Shown piece after piece: positions 47,407 to 55,304 of a stretch of 64,000 bases of DNA (within the stretch, counting starts at the first letter, position 1; the number at the start of each line of letters is the position of its first letter). The notes beneath the pieces were generated by a model that did not search any database, was not told the DNA's origin, and saw only the letters and a program-made list of their open reading frames with translations. The DNA comes from Patescibacteria group bacterium. GTDB lineage: Bacteria > Patescibacteriota > Minisyncoccia > Phycocordibacterales > UBA2100. The stretch covers positions 100,406 to 164,405 of the forward strand of contig JBBTSD010000001.1 of assembly GCA_038064835.1 (NCBI GenBank). The letters run 5' to 3'. The translations under genes were made by a program, and so were the position numbers.

Positions 47407-47870
47407 GGTGCCTCGCCTGAAAAGGTGCCGAGCACCTCGTGGGTGGTGTATGTCTTACTTCGCCAGTACTCGACGGGATCATATTCGATGCGGAGTATGT
47501 CGTATGAAAAGCGCCCGGAGGGAAACAATAGCGAGAGCTTTTTTGACAGAAGGTCTATTGCACTTGTTTTGTTGTGTGCCAGAGCAATCCCCAAGTCGCG
47601 GATAATCGGCGTGTACTGGGTGGGGGATTGGCTGATCTTTTCAAAAAGAGGGCGGGTCTCGTTAAACGCGATTGGCGGGTTCTGCACCTTGCCTCCAACC
47701 GCAGTAATTTCCATAGTAAATGCTTCGCCCTTGTTTGGTGTGTAAGAAAAAAGAGACCATGAAAAGAAAGGATACACTTCTCCTTTTTGTGCAAACGATG
47801 TCATAAAGCCCAGTACGAAGTACATGGCAAGGAAACTAAAAATGACACCCTTGGCAATCGAGTATGGCAT
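47403..47870 (-). CDS. Hypothetical protein with N-terminal TM anchor, translationally coupled to 46426..47406
   Basis: 4-nt overlap (ATGA). Confidence 0.35.
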   Translation of the reverse strand: MPYSIAKGVIFSFLAMYFVLGFMTSFAQKGEVYPFFSWSLFSYTPNKGEAFTMEITAVGGKVQNPPIAFNETRPLFEKISQSPTQYTPIIRDLGIALAHNKTSAIDLLSKKLSLLFPSGRFSYDILRIEYDPVEYWRSKTYTTHEVLGTFSGEAP

Positions 47871-48037
47871 GGGGCGAATATAGCATATGATGCGTGGAAT
47901 TTAGAAAAGAAGCAAAAAGCTGTGTTCACGAAAGAGTTCCAATCAAGTTATATCCCCCTTGTCCTACATCTTGCAAAAATGCCAGGATTTGAGTGCTACA
48001 ATTTGTCTTATGAGGCTCCAGAAGCTCTCTTTTTCTC

Positions 48038-51000
48038 GTGCCTAAGATTTTAAAATTACTTTGCTTATTACTGCTAGTAATCACCACACTCGGGCCCGTG
48101 GGTGTTTTGTATGCTGCTCCAGGTGTGCCAACCATCTTGAGTTTCCAAGGGAGACTTACTGATTCATCAGGTAATCTTTTGGGGGGCTCTGGGACAGGCT
48201 ATTATTTCAAGTTTTCAATATGGGATTCACCGACGGTTGGTTCAGGAAATCGTCTCTGGCCGACAAGTGCGCCAGGAAGTGTTACAACGACAGTCCGGCA
48301 AGGAGTGTTTACTGTTAATGTTGGCGACACGGCAAATGGATTCCCCGACGCACTTACTTATGCGTTTGATTCTGAAACTATCTACCTACAAGTCGAGGTA
48401 TCATCAAACGGATCATCGTACGAAACCCTTTCCCCTCGTCAGCAAATTGCCGCATCAGCATTTGCGCGCGTCGCGGGAGCGGTAAGTGGGACGGGGCAAT
48501 CAGCAATTGGAACAACAACGCCACTAGCGAATACGGTCCTCACTGTTGAGGCGACATCATCTATCGCGACACCGCTCAGTATTCGCGGGGCTCCGAACCA
48601 GTCTGGCAGTCTTTTAACTATTTTGAGTTCTGTAGGATCGTCGCTTTTCTCGATCGGTAGTTCAGGTAGTCTGACAGCGCTCGCGGGCGCACTCTTCGGG
48701 AATGCTTCATCGACTCTTTTTTCAACACTTGACGGTTTGTATGTTGGACGGACGGCAACAACTACTATCCTTGGTTCGGCAACTTCTACTTTCGGCGCAG
48801 GTGTCTCCACTACCCGCCTCGAAACCACTTCCGCCTCGTCAACTATCAACGGCCTTCGTGTCACTGGGAACGGCTTGCAGATCGCCAGTCTCGTAAACTG
48901 TGCTGAAGCACTGGAAACAGATGCAAGCGGCAACATCGTCTGTGGCACTGATGCCACTGCCGCAGGTGCTGCGGATCCGTTCACTTTCGCAACGAACTAC
49001 GGCATAACCAACGCCGCCACTTCGTCACCGCTGTGGGCATTAGCAGGCATCAATGCATCCTCAACATCACATTTCGCCACTTTTGACGCTGTTGCAGGAA
49101 CCACTACCAACTTCGCCATCTCAAACATCGCCAGCTCTCTTCTTAAAACAAATGCAACAGGAGGAATCGTCCCTGCTATCGCTGGTACTGATTACCTCAC
49201 CAGCTCAAGCATATTCAGCTACCTCTTCCCATCAAATGCCACCAGTACTGCACTCTCATTCACCGGAGGCATCACTACCACCAACGCCTCCACCACCAAC
49301 CTCTCCGGCAACACTCTCGCCATCGGCGGCACCGCCACCACCACCATTGCAAACACCGGAGCCATCACTACACCAACCTTGACGATAGGTACGCTTACGG
49401 GTTTTCTGAAAGCAACAGCAGGAGTTGTTGCGGCTGCAGCCGTCAATGTGGCGGCAGATATTACTGGCATTCTCCCCACCGCAAACGGCGGCACCGGCTG
49501 GGGTAATGTACAAGCAAACACAGTTCTTCTTGGTAATGGTACTGGTGCGCTTGCCACCACTACAGCGGGTGCGAACGGGCAGGTCCTCGCCCTCGTCGGT
49601 GGTGTCCCAACATGGACTGCAACAACTACCTTATCCACTATCTCAGGAACCCTTGGTGTCGGTACTGGCGGTACCGGACAGACTACTTTTGCATATGGTC
49701 TGCTATCTTCACCTGGCGGTACCGACGCTCTTACTACTATCAGCACCTCGTCGCTTGGTCTGCTTACTACTGATATTACCGAAGGATCGAATCTCTACTA
49801 CACAACCACTCGTTTTGATAATCGCTTGTCAGCAACTACCTCACTTCCAAATATCACTACACTTACAAATCTTTCGATATCTGCGACACAACTCAGTAAT
49901 TTCGGTACCCCGTTCTACCAATTCTTTTCTGCAACTACGACAGACGCCCTTACACAAGGGAGTACCAACAAGTACTACAGCGACCCGCTCGTCCAAGCCT
50001 TTGTGCACGCGTCTTCTACTATTCCGAAAACATATACCGCAAACACTTTTACGGGGGCAAATACTTTCTCTTCGGCGTTAACTCTCAGTGGTCTGAACGG
50101 CCCTCTTGATGCAAGGAACGGTGTCGTTGGTGCTACCACTTCAGTTGGCGTTCTTTATGGAGGTACCGGACTCACCTCTGCGCCGTCAAACGGAAGCATC
50201 CTGCTAGGGAACTCTTCGGGTGGCTACTCAATTTCAGCCACCTCCTCGCTCGGTATCGCACTTGCTGACACCACCGGCACACTTGCGGTTGCACGAGGTG
50301 GCACAGGAGCAACCACACTCTCCGACCTCATCACCCTTGGCACACACACCTCTGGCAACTACCTCGCCACGCTCACCAATGCCGGCGGTCTCACCATCGC
50401 GAACTCAGGAGCAGAGACTGCAGCAGTCACCGCAGCACTCGATCTCACCAATGCAAACACCTGGACAGGGAAGCAGAACTTCTACGGCACTGCCTCATCA
50501 ACACTGTTCTCGGCGAACCGCGCTTATTTCGGAGGGACAGCGACAACATCAATCTCTGATGCGGGTGTACTCACTTTGGCCGGCCTTACCTCGACCCTAC
50601 TTAAAGCAGACAACAGTAATAATCTTGTCGCCGCTGTGGCAGGTGTTGATTATTCAAACTTCGCATATCTGTTTCCCGGCAACGCCACGACGACGGCACT
50701 CACTTTTTCGAACGGGATTTTATCATCTGCCTCCACCACAATCGGAGCAGGAACACAGGCGACAGGGCTCACCGTATCGGGAGGAGCAACGACGACGGGA
50801 AACTTGATTGTGCAGGGAACAGGAACATCGACATTTTCAGGTGGTCTGCAGGCAACGAATGTATACGCAACTGCCACATCAACGATGGCTGGAATCATAT
50901 CGCAGTCGATTGTTCCTAATGGGGATGCAACCTACGATTTAGGGTCTGCTACGAATCGTTTTAGAGACCTCTACCTATCTACCGCATCACTTCACCTTGA

Positions 51001-52885
51001 ATCGACAGCGGGCGAAACTGGTTCAGCAAAACAATGGAAGTTTGGTATCGATACCGATAATGGACAACAGACGGGAACCTCAACAGGATTTTTCCGTATT
51101 CAAGAAGGGAGCTCAGACATGTTTTATATAAATCATGGCGGCCAAATTGGTGTGGGAGTCAAAGATCCTCGTGCACGGTTGCACACAAAAGGAAACCCGT
51201 TCCTTTCAGGGTTTAGCGCAGGGACTATCTCTAGCTCGGGCACGGCTGTAACAGGAAGCGGTACAGGTTTCTTGTTCGGTTCGAACAAAATTAATGTGGG
51301 GGATCAGATTCTTTCGGATGGACAGATTCGTACTGTGACATCCGTGGTGAACAATACGAGTCTTGTTGTTGACTCGGCATTTTCCCCTGCACTAAGTGCG
51401 CACACTTACCAATTTCAGCAACCAATAGCACGATTTGACACCAGTGCAGGTGACACGCGTTTTATTATCGGCCCTGGTGGAAATGTGGGCATTGGTGATT
51501 TAAATCCACAAGGTCTTTTCTCTGTCGGTGCAGGTGATGCGTTCTTTATAAATTCACTTGGAACGGTTGCGAGTGGCACATGGAATGGACAGCGAATTGG
51601 TGCGCTCTACGGCGGTACGGGCTCCACAACACTTTCAGGAATCCTGATCGGCAACGGTGTTAATCCAGTTGGGACGCTTACTGTTGGGTCAGGCCTTTCG
51701 CTTACGGGCACAACGCTCTCGACGAGCGGTGCGGGAATCACCTCAATCGGCTCGTCTGGTCAGCAACAGACAGGTGGAACGCAAGCATTTGCGACATCAA
51801 CAAGTGTAACAAATGGGCTTGTCTCAGGGATAACAATCGTTGGAAATAGCAATACTCACACATTCACTCCATCACTGTCAGGAGTACTGACTGTTGCAGG
51901 AGGCGGCACCGGAGGCACCTCGTTCTCCTACGGTCTCGTCTCCTCACCAGGAGGCACCAGTGCACTCACCAACATCGCGACCTCCTCGCTCGGTCTCCTC
52001 ACTACCGATGTCGCTGAAGGCACCAACCAGTACTACACAGACACCCGTGTGAACACCTATATCAACGCCTCCACCACCATTCCCAAGACATACACTGCCA
52101 ACACATTCACCAACACCAACTCGTTCACCAGTGCACTGATGGCAACAGGAGGATTCCTCTCAAGCGCATCATCCACCATCAATGGCTCACTCGTCGTCAC
52201 CGGTACTGCCACCTCCACCACGCTCGCCGTCACCGGAGTCACCTCATCACTCTTGAAAACAAACTCACTCGGACAAGTCGTCGCCGCAGTCGCTGGCACT
52301 GACTACACAAACTTCGGCTACCTCTTCCCCGCAAATGCCACCACCACCGCACTCTCATTCACCGGAGGCATCACTACCACCAACGCCTCCACCACCAACC
52401 TCTCCGGAAACACCCTCGCCATCGGCGGCACCGCCACCACTTCTATATCAAACACCGGCGTCCTCACACTCCCCGTTGCACTCAGTGCGTCATCAGGTGG
52501 TACGGGCATCTCGTCCGTCTCTGCCGCCCAAATCTTGCTGGGGAACTATGCGGGCACTGGCTGGCAACAACTCGCCACTTCCTCCCTCGGTCTCCTCACC
52601 ACGAATGTCGCAGAGGGAAGCAATCAATATTTCACCAACGCACGCGTACAAACATATCTCGACTCCGTCACCAAAGGATTCTTCTTTGCCACCACTTCCG
52701 CTGACTACTGGGAGACACAGCAGACAGCGCGCTCTGCAGACGACCTCACCAACAACAGTATTGAAGATCTCTCTAGTGAACGAGTAAAGTCGGCTGTCGA
52801 GACTTATCCCGAGTTTTATCTTGTCAAAAGCGACTGGTCTCTCGAAAACATTGTTGCGAAAATTAAAGAAATGCTTGTCGTCTAG
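48038..52885 (+). CDS. Giant (1615 aa) secreted Gly/Thr/Ser/Ala-rich repetitive surface protein (fibre/adhesin-like)
   Basis: Signal peptide MPKILKLLCLLLLVITTLGPVGVLYAAPG. Three copies of a module ...TTISTSSLGLLTTD(I/V)(T/A)EG(S/T)N(L/Q)YYT.TR... and two near-identical copies of ...DYLTSSSIFSYLFPSNATSTALSFTGGITTTNASTTNLSGNTLAIGGTATT.... Recurrent GGTG motifs. Confidence 0.6.
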   Translation: MPKILKLLCLLLLVITTLGPVGVLYAAPGVPTILSFQGRLTDSSGNLLGGSGTGYYFKFSIWDSPTVGSGNRLWPTSAPGSVTTTVRQGVFTVNVGDTANGFPDALTYAFDSETIYLQVEVSSNGSSYETLSPRQQIAASAFARVAGAVSGTGQSAIGTTTPLANTVLTVEATSSIATPLSIRGAPNQSGSLLTILSSVGSSLFSIGSSGSLTALAGALFGNASSTLFSTLDGLYVGRTATTTILGSATSTFGAGVSTTRLETTSASSTINGLRVTGNGLQIASLVNCAEALETDASGNIVCGTDATAAGAADPFTFATNYGITNAATSSPLWALAGINASSTSHFATFDAVAGTTTNFAISNIASSLLKTNATGGIVPAIAGTDYLTSSSIFSYLFPSNATSTALSFTGGITTTNASTTNLSGNTLAIGGTATTTIANTGAITTPTLTIGTLTGFLKATAGVVAAAAVNVAADITGILPTANGGTGWGNVQANTVLLGNGTGALATTTAGANGQVLALVGGVPTWTATTTLSTISGTLGVGTGGTGQTTFAYGLLSSPGGTDALTTISTSSLGLLTTDITEGSNLYYTTTRFDNRLSATTSLPNITTLTNLSISATQLSNFGTPFYQFFSATTTDALTQGSTNKYYSDPLVQAFVHASSTIPKTYTANTFTGANTFSSALTLSGLNGPLDARNGVVGATTSVGVLYGGTGLTSAPSNGSILLGNSSGGYSISATSSLGIALADTTGTLAVARGGTGATTLSDLITLGTHTSGNYLATLTNAGGLTIANSGAETAAVTAALDLTNANTWTGKQNFYGTASSTLFSANRAYFGGTATTSISDAGVLTLAGLTSTLLKADNSNNLVAAVAGVDYSNFAYLFPGNATTTALTFSNGILSSASTTIGAGTQATGLTVSGGATTTGNLIVQGTGTSTFSGGLQATNVYATATSTMAGIISQSIVPNGDATYDLGSATNRFRDLYLSTASLHLESTAGETGSAKQWKFGIDTDNGQQTGTSTGFFRIQEGSSDMFYINHGGQIGVGVKDPRARLHTKGNPFLSGFSAGTISSSGTAVTGSGTGFLFGSNKINVGDQILSDGQIRTVTSVVNNTSLVVDSAFSPALSAHTYQFQQPIARFDTSAGDTRFIIGPGGNVGIGDLNPQGLFSVGAGDAFFINSLGTVASGTWNGQRIGALYGGTGSTTLSGILIGNGVNPVGTLTVGSGLSLTGTTLSTSGAGITSIGSSGQQQTGGTQAFATSTSVTNGLVSGITIVGNSNTHTFTPSLSGVLTVAGGGTGGTSFSYGLVSSPGGTSALTNIATSSLGLLTTDVAEGTNQYYTDTRVNTYINASTTIPKTYTANTFTNTNSFTSALMATGGFLSSASSTINGSLVVTGTATSTTLAVTGVTSSLLKTNSLGQVVAAVAGTDYTNFGYLFPANATTTALSFTGGITTTNASTTNLSGNTLAIGGTATTSISNTGVLTLPVALSASSGGTGISSVSAAQILLGNYAGTGWQQLATSSLGLLTTNVAEGSNQYFTNARVQTYLDSVTKGFFFATTSADYWETQQTARSADDLTNNSIEDLSSERVKSAVETYPEFYLVKSDWSLENIVAKIKEMLVV

Positions 52886-52911
52886 CGTGAGGAACTTTAT
52901 TTTTTGAGAGT

Positions 52912-53400
52912 ATGACTGTCGAGATTCTCAACGACTATCGATGCTCGTGTGGGAAGCTTCTTTTTCGCGGGATGGTACTCACGGGGAGTATTGAAATCAA
53001 ATGTCGCTATTGCAAACGAGTGGAAACAGTCGATGGTTTGATGGAAAAAGGATCTGACCCTGACCGCTACACCCTCATAATCGGAAGAGAAGGGGAAATT
53101 TACAATTCGACACAAGAAGCCTCGCGGGCTCTCGGATATCTGCATTCAGAGCTATCTGCAAGGCGTGTTCAAGATATTGTCTTATTGCCTCATGACGAGG
53201 CATACCAATCTATTCTTCAAAAGCTTGATGGTGGTCAGGTATCAGTCCTTTTCCATTCGTTTGTGAAGCATAAAAATCGTGCCATGATTCCTGTGCAAAT
53301 AACAGCGTGTTTATTTTCAACTCCAGATGGTCAGTGTATCCTTTTTAATATAGAGCATAAAACGGTACGGAACAGAGCACATCGGCTTCAAGAAGCATAG
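52912..53400 (+). CDS. Com-like zinc-ribbon plus PAS-like domain protein
   Basis: N-terminal CSCGKLLF...CRYCKRV (Mu Com-type 4-Cys ribbon), then a PAS-like fold segment. Confidence 0.4.
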   Translation: MTVEILNDYRCSCGKLLFRGMVLTGSIEIKCRYCKRVETVDGLMEKGSDPDRYTLIIGREGEIYNSTQEASRALGYLHSELSARRVQDIVLLPHDEAYQSILQKLDGGQVSVLFHSFVKHKNRAMIPVQITACLFSTPDGQCILFNIEHKTVRNRAHRLQEA

Positions 53401-53451
53401 TTTTTTTGTCCGACAAAGTAAAAACACCCGCTTGCGCGGATGTTTTTACTT

Positions 53452-53617
53452 TGTGGAGATGGCGGGAATTGGTCACCAGTATTTTTCCTGACGGAAAAAT
53501 CTCGCGACCCCGGCTCGCGGTTTTTGCCTTTCCTACGCGTTGCTCCGGAAAACAAAAACAACGCTGCGCCTTTCAATTCCCGTCGAAAGGTGCGCAGGCA
53601 CCTTTCTCCATCTCCCC
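53452..53617 (-). ncRNA. Truncated tandem ssrA-like copy (tmRNA-like 5' domain plus duplicated 3' acceptor end and terminator)
   Basis: Minus strand 5'-GGGGAGATGGAGAAAGGTGCCTGCGCACCTTTCGACGGGAATTGAAAGG... (tmRNA 5' motif UUCGACGGGA) ... CCAATTCCCGCCATCTCCACA-3'. The last 50 nt, including terminator aaaaacatccgcgcaagcgggtgttttt, are near-identical to the main ssrA 3' end. The T-stem is not complementary. Confidence 0.4.
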
Positions 53618-53655
53618 ATACGCAAAAACACCCGCTGGCGCGGATGTTTTTACTT

Positions 53656-54045
53656 TGTGGAGATGGCGGGAATTGAACCCGCGTCCAAAGGAGGAGTAGC
53701 TGATCGGTGTACACAAGGTAGTTCATTTGATTTTGTTTAAACGCAGGATGTGTGAAATGAGCAAAATCATCACGCGTCGAGCTTTCTTTCTTTAGTCAGT
53801 ATCTTGAAGCATCAGACACTGACGAATCCGGCATATATGACATGTACGGCATCTTGTCGGATGAAGATGAGTACACGGCCGCTTAGGCTAATGCGTAAGC
53901 GAAGCTGAGATCTTTCACCTGAATCGGTGAAAGGAACCCCCGTGCGGTTTTATTTGCACTTAGATTTTGAACAGTTTAAAGAAGATGTTCACTTCTCTTG
54001 TGCCTTTCAAGCTCTCGAATCTCCCTGTCGAAGCCAATCATCCCC
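53656..54045 (-). ncRNA. ssrA: tmRNA (SsrA), standard one-piece form
   Basis: Minus strand 5'-GGGGAUGAUUGGCUUCGACAGGGAGAUUCG... and 3'-...GGACGCGGGUUCAAUUCCCGCCAUCUCC-A. The acceptor stem GGGGAUG/CAUCUCC has G3-U70. The T-arm is GCGGG-UUCAAUU-CCCGC. Both ends closely resemble the E. coli tmRNA ends as recalled. An internal frame ...DLSFAYALA-UAA (stop revcomp at 53883-53885) is a plausible tag. smpB lies 0.6 kb upstream on the same strand, and a terminator follows at 53625-53652. Confidence 0.7.
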
Positions 54046-54176
54046 CGTGAGATACCAAATCTGTTGTGCGTTGAGTCTCGAGCATAACGGTAATGTGTGT
54101 TCTCTTTTACTCTGCATTATGTCGGGCTTACGAAGTCCGACAGGTTGTTTAATATCTCATGGGGAAGGACTCGCTA

Positions 54177-54205
54177 CCATGTTGGACTTCGTAAGTCCAA
54201 CATGG
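54177..54205. repeat. Perfect 13-bp-stem hairpin ccatgttggactt-cgt-aagtccaacatgg (GGACTT...AAGTCC family)
   Basis: Related hairpins at 54121-54141 (gtcgggcttacgaagtccgac), 54599-54619 (gttcgactt-cgt-aagtcgaac) and 39521-39533 (gggactttagtcc). Confidence 0.5.
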
Positions 54206-54300
54206 TACGGGTGGCGAGTTGTAGCGAGTTGTAGAAAACGAATGCTTGAGTGTGGAGAGGAGCTGTGGCGGCTCCTCCCTGTAGTGCTGCGTGGGCTGGG

Positions 54301-54534
54301 TTAGCGGAACAAGTGTCCCGCGAGGCCGAGGGGGCTGCCCGCGTAGGCGGCATCCTCGTCATCGCGCGTGGGCTCGATGAAGGCGCGAGCCTTCGCGCTC
54401 CCGCCGCCGAGCGTGTCGTAGCGGGCGTCACGAGTGGCGTAGGTGGCCTTGCGGGCCTCCTCGCGCAGGTCGCGTTCGACAGCGCGTTTCCAATCGCGGT
54501 CCATGCAGTAACCAACATTCCCATTCATAGTCAT
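54301..54534 (-). CDS. Small (77 aa) GC-rich hypothetical protein in a hairpin-flanked mini-cassette between smpB and ssrA
   Basis: AAGGAG RBS 8 nt upstream of ATG 54534. Body about 65% GC. Sequence MTMNGNVGYCMDRDWKRAVERDLREEARKATYATRDARYD... has no recognisable motif. Confidence 0.35.
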   Translation of the reverse strand: MTMNGNVGYCMDRDWKRAVERDLREEARKATYATRDARYDTLGGGSAKARAFIEPTRDDEDAAYAGSPLGLAGHLFR

Positions 54535-54598
54535 TGCAAACACTCCTTGGTTCACTTGGTTGCCACACTTAAGCATTCGTTTATTGTCAAAAATCTAT

Positions 54599-54619
54599 GT
54601 TCGACTTCGTAAGTCGAAC
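54599..54619. terminator. Hairpin of the GGACTT..AAGTCC family immediately after the smpB stop; likely the smpB terminator
   Basis: gttcgacttcgtaagtcgaac. On the minus strand it is followed by atagattttt. Confidence 0.45.
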
Positions 54620-54621
54620 GG

Positions 54622-55062
54622 CTATTGTTTTGAAGCTCGGCGCATCGCACGATCTTCGTCGCGCTTCTTGATATCCTGCCGCTTATCATACTTCTTTTTT
54701 CCGCGGGCGATACCCAGAGAGAGCTTCAAATTTCTCCCCTTATTATACACCGAAAGTGGCACTATTGTCAATCCCCCTGTTCGTTCAGCTTCAGAAACCT
54801 GTTCAATTTGGCTTTTCGATAAGAGAAGCTTTCGAGGGCGCTCAGAATCGTAGGTCTTTGGGGCATTGGCTACCTGCCAAGCAGGGATGGTAACCCCTAC
54901 CAAAAAAGCCTCGCTACCGCGTGCGATTATACGCCCACCGTCCAAGGAGCCCTGTCCTTTGCGGATGGATTTGACTTCATATCCGAAAAGTACCAAACCC
55001 GCCTCGATTGTTTCGAGGATTTCGTAATTCAGTCGCACTTTTTTGTTTTCCAAGAGGGCCAT
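54622..55062 (-). CDS. smpB: SsrA-binding protein SmpB
   Basis: MALLENKKVRLNYEILETIEAGLVLFGYEVKSIRKGQGSL... Start at ATG 55062 (the listed ORF is longer). The K/R-rich C-terminal tail is typical of SmpB. Confidence 0.85.
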   Translation of the reverse strand: MALLENKKVRLNYEILETIEAGLVLFGYEVKSIRKGQGSLDGGRIIARGSEAFLVGVTIPAWQVANAPKTYDSERPRKLLLSKSQIEQVSEAERTGGLTIVPLSVYNKGRNLKLSLGIARGKKKYDKRQDIKKRDEDRAMRRASKQ

Positions 55063-55304
55063 GCTGAAACTATACCATCGACAAGTAAGGTCTGAACAAA
55101 AGTCGTAGAAAATTGTGGCTGGAGCGACGAAGAAAAAAGTGAAATATATCCGTAGATACATTGAGCTTTTTTCTTCGAGCTATAGCATATTTTCAAGACT
55201 TGGTGTTCAGAGATTAGTTGGAGATGGTATTACCACAAACGAGGAGAAAGCGAACGCATTTCCCAATCTTCTTGGTACTATGGAATCAGACAAGAGAGGT
55301 CTTC

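Noticed and set aside
53418-53700. Circularly permuted (two-piece) tmRNA hypothesis, with the acceptor piece upstream of the coding piece
   Set aside because: Initially suggested by a T-arm/acceptor copy lying upstream of a GGGG...UUCGACGGG 5' unit. A complete standard-order tmRNA with a better-pairing 5' end (GGGGAUG, G3-U70) was then found at 53656-54045, making the simpler 'standard gene plus truncated tandem copy' reading preferable.
53388-53740. ORFs 53388-53726 (-), 53406-53699 (+), 53440-53676 (+) and 53540-53740 (+), with their internal amino-acid repeats
   Set aside because: They are translations of the ssrA / ssrA-like RNA locus. The apparent protein repeat is just the duplicated tmRNA 3' end.
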